Origin: Spirochaetia bacterium
GTDB lineage: Bacteria; Patescibacteriota; Microgenomatia; UBA1400; MFAQ01
Assembly: GCA_035477615.1 (NCBI GenBank)
Contig: DATIKJ010000051.1
Span: 1,009-65,008, forward strand
Direction of reading: 5' to 3'
DNA length: 64,000 nucleotides
Shown here: positions 1 through 8,470 of the stretch, one piece after another
How positions within the stretch are numbered: position 1 is the stretch's first letter
How the letters are laid out: each line of letters starts with the position of its first letter
Program-made: the position numbers and the translations under genes
The notes under the pieces: generated by a model
The model's input: only the letters and a program-made list of their open reading frames with translations
What the model was told of the DNA's origin: nothing
Databases searched by the model: none

Positions 1-4
1 GACC

Positions 5-1774
5 CTAGTTAGCTATCTTATTCTCCACTTCCTTTTCCACCTTACTAGTAAAGTTCTCAACAGTCATTAAACCTAAGTCTTTCTGACCACGCTGTCTCAC
101 AGATACTTGTTTTGCCTCCGCTTCTTTTTCACCCACGATTAACATGTATGGCACTTTAGAAGCTTCGGCATTACGAATTTTCTTTCCCAAAGAGTCAGCA
201 TCACGATTCAGCTCCACACGAATTCCCTTTTCCTGAAGCTGTTTCAACACACTTTCCGAATACTCTATCGTTTTCTCGGAAATCGGTAATATCGTCACCT
301 GTACTGGAGACAACCAAACAGGAAATGCTCCTCCATAGTGTTCAATCAAAACCATCATCATTCGCTCAGCCGATCCGATAATTGCTCGATGCAACATAAC
401 TGGACGTTTTTGTGTACCATCTTGATCTGTATACACCAAATTAAATCTTTCTGGCATTACATAGTCAATCTGCACCGTCGATAACTGCCATTCACGACCC
501 AAAGCATCTGTTGCAATCAAGTCCATCTTAGGAGCATAAAAAGCTGCCTCTCCTGGTCCTTGAAAATACTCGATCTCGTTTCTTTCCATAATTACCTCAG
601 CCCACTTCTCCACCTTATCCCACATTTTCGGATCCCCCAAAAACTTCTCTGGATGCTGAGGATCTCTTGTTGATAGTCTGTACTTATACTTAAAACCAAA
701 TGTTTCCATGATTTTCTTCGTCATCTGCAAGGCCATATCAATCTCTGCGTCAACTTGATCTTCTCGACAAAAAACATGACAGTCATCTTGAGAAAATGCT
801 CTTGCTCTAGCAAGACCTGCCAACTCACCTGGTTTCTCATCACGATACAACATTGCAAAGTCAGTAAAGCGCAAAGGCAAATCACGATAACTTCTTGGTT
901 GGGCTGCATAAATCTGAGTATGCTGTGGACAGTTCATTGGTTTCAAAAACATTTCCTCATCGGAAAAATTAGAGACTACTCTAAACATTGAATCCTTATA
1001 TTTGTCATAATGTCCCGATGTTTTAAATAGTTCTGCTTTAGCAATCTGCGGTGTCCATACTTGGGTATAGCCTTCCTTAATTTGCATCTCCTCAACATAG
1101 TTATTCAAAGTCCTTCGAATAAAGGCTCCTTTTGGAGAATACAAAGGTAAACCAGAACCAATTAAATCTGAAAAAGAAAACAGATCTAATTCCTTTCCCA
1201 GTTTCCTATGATCTCTCTTTCTTGCTTCTTCCACCAAAGACACATAATTATCCAACTCTTCTTGAGTTTCAAAAGCTGTCCCGTAAATTCTTGTCAACAT
1301 CTTATTCTTCTCGTCCCCATGCCAATATGCACCGGCAATAGACAAGAGTTTAAAAGCTTTCACTTCAATGGTTCTCGCTACATGAGGTCCTGCACAAACA
1401 TCCACAAAAGATCCTCCACTTCCAGGGTCTCCGGTCCAGTAAACTAAAATTTCTTCGTTTTCCTTTTCAGCCTTATCAATCCACTCTTGCTTGTATGGGT
1501 TGTCAGCAAACATCTCTCTTGCCTTACTCGCCGTTACAATCATTTTTTCAAAAGGCAAATTACTCTGCACGATTTTTCTCATTTCCTTCTCAATTTTTGG
1601 AAAATCTTGTTCAGTTACTTTAAATCCATTAGTTGTGTCAAAGTCAAAATAAAAGCCTGTATCGATGGCTGGACCCATGGCCTTCAGAATTTGACCAGGC
1701 CATAGTCTCTCCATCGCCTGAGTTAATATATGTTCGGCACTATGTCTTAGTGCATGTAGTTTGTTTTCTTCCAT
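5..1774 (-). CDS. thrS: Threonyl-tRNA synthetase (N-terminally short form lacking TGS domain)
   Basis: 589 aa ORF; class II aaRS catalytic core and ThrRS editing-domain HxxxH motif near N-terminus (HSAEHIL); C-terminal anticodon-binding domain. Confidence 0.9.
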   Translation of the reverse strand: MEENKLHALRHSAEHILTQAMERLWPGQILKAMGPAIDTGFYFDFDTTNGFKVTEQDFPKIEKEMRKIVQSNLPFEKMIVTASKAREMFADNPYKQEWIDKAEKENEEILVYWTGDPGSGGSFVDVCAGPHVARTIEVKAFKLLSIAGAYWHGDEKNKMLTRIYGTAFETQEELDNYVSLVEEARKRDHRKLGKELDLFSFSDLIGSGLPLYSPKGAFIRRTLNNYVEEMQIKEGYTQVWTPQIAKAELFKTSGHYDKYKDSMFRVVSNFSDEEMFLKPMNCPQHTQIYAAQPRSYRDLPLRFTDFAMLYRDEKPGELAGLARARAFSQDDCHVFCREDQVDAEIDMALQMTKKIMETFGFKYKYRLSTRDPQHPEKFLGDPKMWDKVEKWAEVIMERNEIEYFQGPGEAAFYAPKMDLIATDALGREWQLSTVQIDYVMPERFNLVYTDQDGTQKRPVMLHRAIIGSAERMMMVLIEHYGGAFPVWLSPVQVTILPISEKTIEYSESVLKQLQEKGIRVELNRDADSLGKKIRNAEASKVPYMLIVGEKEAEAKQVSVRQRGQKDLGLMTVENFTSKVEKEVENKIAN

Positions 1775-1790
1775 CGTTTTTTAATTAAAT

Positions 1791-1853
1791 AACAAAAAAC
1801 TACCCTTACTGCAAGAACCCTTCCGGGTGGTTCCATCTTGCTTGCTAGGTAGC
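1791..1853 (-). terminator. Extended nested hairpin (CTACC..GCAAG..GAACC / GGTTC..CTTGC..GGTAG) followed by TTTTTTG, ending about 17 nt upstream of thrS ATG; terminator of TA operon and/or attenuator of thrS
   Basis: Read on minus strand: ctacctagcaagcaagatggaaccacccggaagggttcttgcagtaagggtag + tttttt; lies between toxin stop (1945) and thrS start (1774). Confidence 0.4.
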
Positions 1854-1944
1854 CTCTTAATTAAACCGTTGGTGGTTTCTCCCTGCTTTTCCTTGGTTGG
1901 TAGCCAAATCATCAAAGCAATTCAACTAAGAGAATTATACACTC

Positions 1945-2199
1945 CTAACGATAGTGATTTGTTATTAAAATTATCTCGATTGTTTCTTTATCGGACAAAA
2001 ATTTCAATAAGGCACGATATTGCCGATCAATCCTAATACTATATAGCCTTCTACTTTTTGGCTCTAATAGCTCTAGGTTCAAACTTGGATGTCTGGGATT
2101 TTCCCTAAGATAATCCATTTGCTTCTCAAACTTCCGTTTCAAACCGTACCTTTTCAATTTTATTTCAATATCTTTCCTCAAAGGCAAGACCTCAAACAT
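1945..2199 (-). CDS. Type II toxin, RelE/ParE superfamily
   Basis: 84 aa; C-terminal pattern RLYSIRIDRQYRALLKF...IEIILITNHYR typical of RelE/ParE/YoeB-like mRNA interferases; overlaps upstream RHH gene by 8 nt. Confidence 0.6.
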   Translation of the reverse strand: MFEVLPLRKDIEIKLKRYGLKRKFEKQMDYLRENPRHPSLNLELLEPKSRRLYSIRIDRQYRALLKFLSDKETIEIILITNHYR

Positions 2200-2491
2200 T
2201 TCTCTTTTTTAGCGCCTTACTTTTCTTTAAGCCTTCTTCCAAATCCTTGAGAAAATTTTCACTGTATTTACCGGTTTCTCGAAAATCATTAACCACATCA
2301 TCGGGTTTATCGGCTGGGTTGGCTACTAAAAATGGAAAATCACCCATCTCTTCTGATATAGCTTTACTTTTAAGTACAAAGCGCAAAGCTGATCTCACGA
2401 ACTCACTTCTATTGGCATAGCCATATCTTTCAACCATTAGATCTACGTCTTGTATTTGTTTTTCTGGTAGAGATACATTCATCATTGCCAT
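2192..2491 (-). CDS. Ribbon-helix-helix (CopG/ParD-like) antitoxin
   Basis: 99 aa; N-terminal beta-strand plus helix (NVSLPEKQIQDVDLMVER..RSEFVRSALRFVL) typical of the RHH fold; translationally coupled to downstream toxin. Confidence 0.6.
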   Translation of the reverse strand: MAMMNVSLPEKQIQDVDLMVERYGYANRSEFVRSALRFVLKSKAISEEMGDFPFLVANPADKPDDVVNDFRETGKYSENFLKDLEEGLKKSKALKKRNV

Positions 2492-2497
2492 AACAAT

Positions 2498-2540
2498 ACT
2501 ATACCATGTTTGTCAATCTTTGTCAATCATTGACAAGAAT
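2498..2540 (-). promoter_or_regulatory. TA-operon promoter/operator: TTGACA-17nt-TATAGT promoter with tandem 10-bp direct repeat TTTGTCAATC x2 and 17-bp perfect palindrome TTGTCAATCATTGACAA; antitoxin mRNA apparently leaderless
   Basis: Sequence 2509-2537; -10 ends 7 nt before antitoxin ATG (2491), leaving no room for an SD. Confidence 0.5.
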
Positions 2541-2562
2541 TCTATAATTCTATTCCTATCTC

Positions 2563-4053
2563 TTAATCTTTCTTAACTCTCAAGGGAGGAAATAGCGTTC
2601 CTTCACGAGCCGACACATCTTCCATAAACCAGAAGAGTCTCTCCGACATGCCAAAACCTGAAGTTGGTGGCATTCCATACGAAAGCATTTCCACGAAATC
2701 AGTATCCATCATCTGTGCTTCTTCGTCGCCTTTTTCTCTAGCCTTTTGTTGTTCTTCAAATCGAGATCTCTGATCGATCGGATCATTTAATTCTGAGTAA
2801 CCATTCCCTAGTTCCGACCCTGCCAAAATAATATGAAATCTTTCGGTGATTTCAGGATCTTCTGCTTTACTCTTCGCCAAAGGCGACATAAATTTTGGTT
2901 CATTGAGAAGAAATGCAGGTCCTGCAATTGTCTTCCGCACTATCTTCCAGCAATTATCGATCAAACGCGCTCGATTAATTTCTCCAGTCAGTTTCACCCC
3001 CGCCTTTCTGATTGCTTCAACCATCTCTGCTTCTGTAGAGTTCACAATATCAATTGCAATTTTTTCTTTGATCACTTTCAGATAATCGATCTCTTTCCAA
3101 TCATCAGCCAAGTCATACTCCATTCCTCGACTGACAAATTTTGTCTTTCCATAAACTTCTTTCGCCAAATGACGATAAAGTTCACGGGTCAACTGCATAT
3201 TGTCTCGATAGTCAGCAAACGCCCAGTACCACTCCAAAGAATAGTACTCTGGCAGATGTTCGTCATCCATTCCTTCATTCCGAAAGTTTGGTGCCAAGGT
3301 ATATATCTTTTCAAAACCCGCTCCAATTAGTCTCTTTTGATAGAGCTCGGTAGAAATGCGCAAATAGAAATCTTGATCAATAGCATTCATGTGGGTCATA
3401 AATGGTTTGGCATCTGCCCCTCCAGTTACCGACTCCAATACTGGTGTTTCTACTTCAATAAACCCCTTACTTGCCATATATTTTCGACACTCACTCCAAA
3501 ACTTTGCCTTTCTCTCAAATCGCGCAATCTTCTCAGGGCTCATCAATAGATCCAGATATCTTTTTCGAAAAGCCTCATCAGGGTCGACAATCCCCACCCA
3601 TTTTTCAGGTAAGGGGAGTCTTGCTTTAGTTAATATCTTAATTTCTTTTACTTGTAGTGATACTTCACCAGTTCTGGTTTTTACCACTTCTCCTGTCGCT
3701 TGAATAATGTCTCCGATGTCTAAATAGTCCAATTCCATAAACCCTAGTGTCTGTCTGGCCTTATCCGCCTTACTCATCGAATCAGCTCGAATAAACAACT
3801 GGATCTTGCCTGATTGATCTTGAATTTGTCCAAAAATAAGTTTGCCGTGTTCTCTCCATGCCATAATTCTCCCTGCCAAAGTTAATGTCTTCCCTTCATA
3901 CTTCTCAAAATTACTCACCACCTCCATATTGGCAGCCTCTTTTACTGAGCGTGCTGGATACAAATCAATCCCCATCTTTTGAAGAGCTTCTACTTTTTTT
4001 TCTCGTTCCTTTAGAATTTCATCCAATCTACTTGCCATGCTCCAATTATACAA
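2563..4053 (-). CDS. lysS: Lysyl-tRNA synthetase, class II
   Basis: 496 aa; N-terminal OB-fold anticodon-binding region and class II catalytic motifs (FRNEG, GxGxGxDR-like C-terminus). Confidence 0.9.
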   Translation of the reverse strand: MYNWSMASRLDEILKEREKKVEALQKMGIDLYPARSVKEAANMEVVSNFEKYEGKTLTLAGRIMAWREHGKLIFGQIQDQSGKIQLFIRADSMSKADKARQTLGFMELDYLDIGDIIQATGEVVKTRTGEVSLQVKEIKILTKARLPLPEKWVGIVDPDEAFRKRYLDLLMSPEKIARFERKAKFWSECRKYMASKGFIEVETPVLESVTGGADAKPFMTHMNAIDQDFYLRISTELYQKRLIGAGFEKIYTLAPNFRNEGMDDEHLPEYYSLEWYWAFADYRDNMQLTRELYRHLAKEVYGKTKFVSRGMEYDLADDWKEIDYLKVIKEKIAIDIVNSTEAEMVEAIRKAGVKLTGEINRARLIDNCWKIVRKTIAGPAFLLNEPKFMSPLAKSKAEDPEITERFHIILAGSELGNGYSELNDPIDQRSRFEEQQKAREKGDEEAQMMDTDFVEMLSYGMPPTSGFGMSERLFWFMEDVSAREGTLFPPLRVKKD

Positions 4054-4062
4054 GCTCTAACG

Positions 4063-5754
4063 CTACATCTTCTCTACCGTCTCGATCCCTAAGAAACTCA
4101 ATCCTTTTTTAATCACTTCTCCTGTTAGTAATGTTAACCTCAAACGCAAACTTTGGTTTTCTACTCCAATTACTTTATTCCTTTCATAAAATCCATTAAA
4201 CTTTTGCGCTGTTTCAAATAGATATGCACATACTTGTTGTGGTGCAAAGTTCCTGGCAGCCGACTCCACTATTTCCCCTTCCGCAAATCGCAGTAGCAAC
4301 CATCTTGCTAGTATTTTTTCGTCTTCATTGGCGAATGTCTTTCCATCATCACCAATCTTTTCTATATTTTCCCCAGACTTATTTAATATGCCTCGTGTCC
4401 TCACATACACATACTGTAGATATGGTGCGCTGTTTCCTTCCATTGATAAAGCCTCATCCCATTTAAAAATATAGTCCATCCCAGGGGATCTTTTCAATTC
4501 GTTATACTTCACTGCTCCAATAGAAATTATCTCTCCACCCACCGCTTTTTCTTCTGCTCTATTGAGTAAATCTTCCAGTTTAATCGTCATTCCTTTTCTA
4601 GTACTCATCTTCCCTTCAGGTAAACTCAAAAGTCCGTGGGCCACATGGACAAACTCTACTTTGCTTGTCTCTTCCGGCCATAGTTTTTTCACTGTCGCAA
4701 ACACTTGTCTCATATGGAGTTTCTGCTCCCCTCCAATTTCGTAAATAAATAAATCCGACTTCAAACTAGGATCATCCAATCTTCTCCTAATAGTTGCCAA
4801 GTCTCTTGTAAAGTAAGTTGTCGACCCATCACTTTTCACTAGCATCGCTGGTGGCATTTCTTCTTTCCCATTCTCGCCTTTAAACTCCACAATCAAAGCT
4901 CCTTCTTCACCCACAGACGATACTCCTTTATTTTTTGCCTCTTCAATTATTCTTGGCATCATACTCTCATATACCGACTCACCTAACGTATTCTCAAACT
5001 CCACTCCCAGCTTTTTATAAATCTGCTCAAATTCCTTCATTGAAATATCCCAAGATTTTTTCCATATCTCCCTGGCAGTTGTGTCTCCCTTTTCTAATCT
5101 GAGGAATGCTTCTTTTGCTTTATTTCTTAACTCAGGATCTGTTTCAATCCTTTTATTAAAGTCCACATATATTTCCTCCAGTTTATTAATGTCCACACCA
5201 CTCCAGTCAAAATTGGGTTTTTCCTCAACTGCCGCAATGATCATCCCAAACTGCGTTCCCCAGTCCCCTAGATGATTATCATTAGTCACTCTCTCAGCTC
5301 CGGTGTGTTTGTATAGATTAAAAATTGCTTGGCCAATAATTGTCGATCGCAAATGCCCCACAGAAAAACGCTTGGCAATGTTAGGCGATGAATACTCTAC
5401 CAATATTTTTTTCCCTTTCATAAAATCACTATCTCCCAAACAATCTCCTGATTTCAAAGTCTCATTCAATTTTTCTATCAATATCTCGTCCTTAACCCAA
5501 AAATTGATAAACCCCGGACCAGCCACTTGAATTTTTTCCCCGTCAACAATTCTCATCAGTTCCTTATTTCCTTGCAGTTTGTTCACCAAATCAACCGCCA
5601 GCTCCCGAGGATTTCTCCCAAGTTCCTTGGCCATCACCATGGCTATATTCGTCGAGTAGTCTCCCATCTTCTCATCAGCCGGATGTTCCACGTTAAACTC
5701 CTTACCTAAAGACAACTCCTCAATCGCTTTTCTTATTTCTTCTTTAACTTTCAT
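4063..5754 (-). CDS. argS: Arginyl-tRNA synthetase
   Basis: 563 aa; class I Rossmann core with HIGH-like SSPNIAKRFSVGHLRS region, and C-terminal DALR anticodon-binding domain ending ...VEKM; 9-nt gap to lysS suggests co-transcription. Confidence 0.9.
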   Translation of the reverse strand: MKVKEEIRKAIEELSLGKEFNVEHPADEKMGDYSTNIAMVMAKELGRNPRELAVDLVNKLQGNKELMRIVDGEKIQVAGPGFINFWVKDEILIEKLNETLKSGDCLGDSDFMKGKKILVEYSSPNIAKRFSVGHLRSTIIGQAIFNLYKHTGAERVTNDNHLGDWGTQFGMIIAAVEEKPNFDWSGVDINKLEEIYVDFNKRIETDPELRNKAKEAFLRLEKGDTTAREIWKKSWDISMKEFEQIYKKLGVEFENTLGESVYESMMPRIIEEAKNKGVSSVGEEGALIVEFKGENGKEEMPPAMLVKSDGSTTYFTRDLATIRRRLDDPSLKSDLFIYEIGGEQKLHMRQVFATVKKLWPEETSKVEFVHVAHGLLSLPEGKMSTRKGMTIKLEDLLNRAEEKAVGGEIISIGAVKYNELKRSPGMDYIFKWDEALSMEGNSAPYLQYVYVRTRGILNKSGENIEKIGDDGKTFANEDEKILARWLLLRFAEGEIVESAARNFAPQQVCAYLFETAQKFNGFYERNKVIGVENQSLRLRLTLLTGEVIKKGLSFLGIETVEKM

Positions 5755-5947
5755 ATTGATTTAACAAATTAAAACCCCTCACTTAAACCTCGATAATTAA
5801 TCTTAGCTTAAGTCAGGGGTTCTTGAGAGAACGGTACCACCCTTCCATACTCTTTGTGCTATTACGGGCTACCCCGATGAATTTCTTCACTTGCTCCGAA
5901 GATCGCGACTCTTCATCAACGCTACTCATATTTTACTCCTAATACAT
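5755..5947 (-). promoter_or_regulatory. T-box-like antitermination leader of argS-lysS
   Basis: Minus strand contains AGGGTGGTACCG (12/12 match to T-box core AGGGUGGNACCG) in antiterminator arrangement: A1 (AAGGG / CCCT), 7-nt bulge TGGTACC, A2 hairpin GTTCT-ctca-AGAAC. A competing 14-bp terminator (AACCCCTCACTTAA / TTAAGTCAGGGGTT) plus TTTTAATTT ends about 10 nt before the argS ATG. Confidence 0.55.
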
Positions 5948-6928
5948 CTATTTGTGCTCTTCCAAATATTTCTCCGCATCCAGCGCTGCCTGACAACCCA
6001 TTCCTGCGGCTGTAATCGCTTGTCTATATCTATAATCCACCACGTCTCCACAGCCAAAAACCCCTTCTACCGAAGTCATTGTTGGAAACCCATCTTTCCA
6101 CATATCCTTTTCACTCACTCTCCATTTTGTATCCGTCATTAAAGCCGTCATTGTTGTTCGTAGATATCCTTTTTCATCAAGTTCCAACTTTCCTTCAAAA
6201 AGTTTCGTCGTTGGCACATGACCAATCGCCACAAACAAACCATCTGCGTCATATTCTGTCACTTCCCCAGACTTTACATTCTTAACCTTAATTGTCGTCA
6301 GTTTTGTCTCACCCGATACTCCGATCACCTCACTACTCCACAACACTTTTATTTTGGAATTTGCCAACACTCTATCTTGCATTATTTTGCTTGCCCTAAA
6401 CTCATCTCTCCTGTGGATGATTGTTACTTCATCAGCAAACTTCGCCAAAGCCATCGCATCCTCCATCGCTGCATCTCCTCCACCAACAACAAAGGTTTTT
6501 TTACCTTTGAAAAAAGCAGCATCGCATACTGCACAAGTACTTACTCCTCGACCAACATAAGCTTCTTCCTCTATCCCAATCATCTGTGATGTCGCTCCGG
6601 TTGAAACTACAACAGCCCTTGCCTCATAAACGGTTTCCCCAACCCAAACTTTTTTTATCTCCCCGGTCAGATCCACTCTACTAACTTCGGAATAAATTAC
6701 TTCCGTTCCAAACCTTTTTGCCTGTTTTTCCATTGTCATCATCAAGTCCGGTCCCATGATCCCCTCAGAAAATCCGGGAAAGTTCTCCACCTCGCTAGTA
6801 TTCATCAACTGACCTCCAGGGTTAACTCCTGTCAAGACCAAAACCGACAAAGTCGCTCTTCCCAAATATATTGCCGCAGTATACCCACTCGGCCCGCCGC
6901 CAATTACAAGAACATCGTACTTCTTCAT
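5948..6928 (-). CDS. trxB: Thioredoxin-disulfide reductase
   Basis: 326 aa; FAD GxGxxG (VIGGGPSG), redox-active CAVC, NADPH-binding GGGDAA motif. Confidence 0.9.
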   Translation of the reverse strand: MKKYDVLVIGGGPSGYTAAIYLGRATLSVLVLTGVNPGGQLMNTSEVENFPGFSEGIMGPDLMMTMEKQAKRFGTEVIYSEVSRVDLTGEIKKVWVGETVYEARAVVVSTGATSQMIGIEEEAYVGRGVSTCAVCDAAFFKGKKTFVVGGGDAAMEDAMALAKFADEVTIIHRRDEFRASKIMQDRVLANSKIKVLWSSEVIGVSGETKLTTIKVKNVKSGEVTEYDADGLFVAIGHVPTTKLFEGKLELDEKGYLRTTMTALMTDTKWRVSEKDMWKDGFPTMTSVEGVFGCGDVVDYRYRQAITAAGMGCQAALDAEKYLEEHK

Positions 6929-6931
6929 GAT

Positions 6932-7255
6932 TTACTTTACCGTCTTTTTAACCATCTCTTCGTAGATCTCTTTACCTCCAAAGCCCACCTGTCTTGCGAT
7001 CTCTTTACCTCCATCAAAAAGAACTACTGTCGGAATACTCATTACGCCATACTTTCCAGCTACACCAGGATTAGCATCAACGTCCACCTTACCTACAATC
7101 ATTTTTTCACCATAAGAATTTGCCAATTCTTCGATCACCGGAGACACCATTCTACATGGTCCGCACCAATCAGCAAAAAAATCTACTAGCACTGGCTTCT
7201 GTGCCTTCAGTACCATCTCGTCAAAATTTGCGTCGGTAAAATGTGCTATATCCAT
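6932..7255 (-). CDS. trxA: Thioredoxin
   Basis: 107 aa; WCGPC active site. Confidence 0.85.
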   Translation of the reverse strand: MDIAHFTDANFDEMVLKAQKPVLVDFFADWCGPCRMVSPVIEELANSYGEKMIVGKVDVDANPGVAGKYGVMSIPTVVLFDGGKEIARQVGFGGKEIYEEMVKKTVK

Positions 7256-7282
7256 ATTTTTTTATATATTTAATTAATATTT

Positions 7283-7510
7283 TTAAAGAAATCTCTTCAA
7301 TAGTTTAGTATATTCTTCTTTAGAACAACTACCAACCGCATCGGCCAATAGTGTTTTGGCAACACTCTTTAAAGAACTCATCGAAGCCACTACCTGTGTC
7401 ACAATCGCTTCACAATTTTTATCATCTCCCACCATCCGTTCAATTCCACCCACCTGGCCTTGAATTCTTTTAAGCATTACCTGCAGTTTCTTTTTTTCGT
7501 CTAATGACAT
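7283..7510 (-). CDS. CsoR/RcnR/FrmR-family metal- or stress-sensing repressor (DUF156)
   Basis: 75 aa; LKRIQGQVGGIERMV signature helix and conserved Cys (NCEAI, GSCSK) positions. Confidence 0.6.
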   Translation of the reverse strand: MSLDEKKKLQVMLKRIQGQVGGIERMVGDDKNCEAIVTQVVASMSSLKSVAKTLLADAVGSCSKEEYTKLLKRFL

Positions 7511-7548
7511 ATACCCCCCATGGTATATGAAAAATACCAGTAAGTCAA

Positions 7549-8100
7549 CTACATGTTAAACGCCACAATGATGTAAACAACACTTACGATCACCACAAAC
7601 CACAACTTCTCCTCCGGTTCTAGTGTTCTTTTAATCTGCCAAAACCACTCATCTAGTCGCAATTTGTCATAGATATAATCGTAAATTAAATCAAACACCA
7701 AATGCGTTCCCATTCCTAGCATAAAACCTCTAGCAAAAGGATTAACCACGCTGGTCATAGCAAAAAGAGCCAACACTATCCAAACAACCAAAAACAAGAA
7801 GCTTCTCATTACTAACTCTTTCTGATCAAAATCCTCAGACAAAAGCATCTTTATACCACCCAATAGCTCATCCTTCTTCAACTCCTTTAACTTAAGGTTT
7901 AAAGTCTCATTTGGCTTAGAAAAAACACTGTAAACAAATCTATCTAAAAATATAAACAGAAATCCAATCATGGCTCCCAGTAACCACCACAACAAAGCTA
8001 TGTTAAAAACAAATGTCTGATTCAAAACACTCCACAAAATCAATACTCCCAACACTCCAAACAAAACTAATTGGTGTAGCCACAATTTTCCTTTAAACAT
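7549..8100 (-). CDS. Integral membrane protein, unknown function
   Basis: 183 aa, multiple hydrophobic helices; no recognisable motif. Confidence 0.5.
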   Translation of the reverse strand: MFKGKLWLHQLVLFGVLGVLILWSVLNQTFVFNIALLWWLLGAMIGFLFIFLDRFVYSVFSKPNETLNLKLKELKKDELLGGIKMLLSEDFDQKELVMRSFLFLVVWIVLALFAMTSVVNPFARGFMLGMGTHLVFDLIYDYIYDKLRLDEWFWQIKRTLEPEEKLWFVVIVSVVYIIVAFNM

Positions 8101-8146
8101 CCTTAACTAATCATACACAATATACTCTAACCCTTCCATCCAACTA

Positions 8147-8440
8147 CTACTCCTCAGTTTTCATTTCCTCTCGTATTTGCTTCAACTTCCACATAAAAAG
8201 CTTTCCCTTATTATTCGGATGATTAGCTCCCAACACAAACAATCTTGCTTGTTCAATTATTTCTCTTGGTGTGTTTTTTGCCAATCTCATATAAATTGCA
8301 GTGTGAGCCGTATCATCTAGTTCCACCGCCAAACGATAAGCATAATCCTGAAACTCTCTACTGATTCTTTTCTGTTTTGTTTCCTCCAAATCATACCTAT
8401 CTAAAATACTTATCAATGGTTTAAATCCTGTCTTGTCCAC
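8147..8440 (-). CDS. Hypothetical protein
   Basis: 97 aa ORF in intergenic-compatible position; no family recognised. Confidence 0.4.
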   Translation of the reverse strand: MDKTGFKPLISILDRYDLEETKQKRISREFQDYAYRLAVELDDTAHTAIYMRLAKNTPREIIEQARLFVLGANHPNNKGKLFMWKLKQIREEMKTEE

Positions 8441-8470
8441 TACCTACATTCTAACGTAAAATGACTCTAC

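Noticed and set aside
1820-1832. T-box-like GGGTGGTTCC in the thrS leader
   Set aside because: It is on the plus strand, opposite to thrS, so it cannot serve as a T-box for thrS; it is probably part of the terminator stem.
2833-3703. Several 70-165 aa plus-strand ORFs antisense to lysS (and similar antisense ORFs inside argS, thrS, nrdJ, ftsH, PBP genes)
   Set aside because: They lie entirely within well-supported genes on the opposite strand, have low-complexity Ser/Phe/Leu-rich translations typical of AT-rich antisense frames, and have no RBS or motif support.
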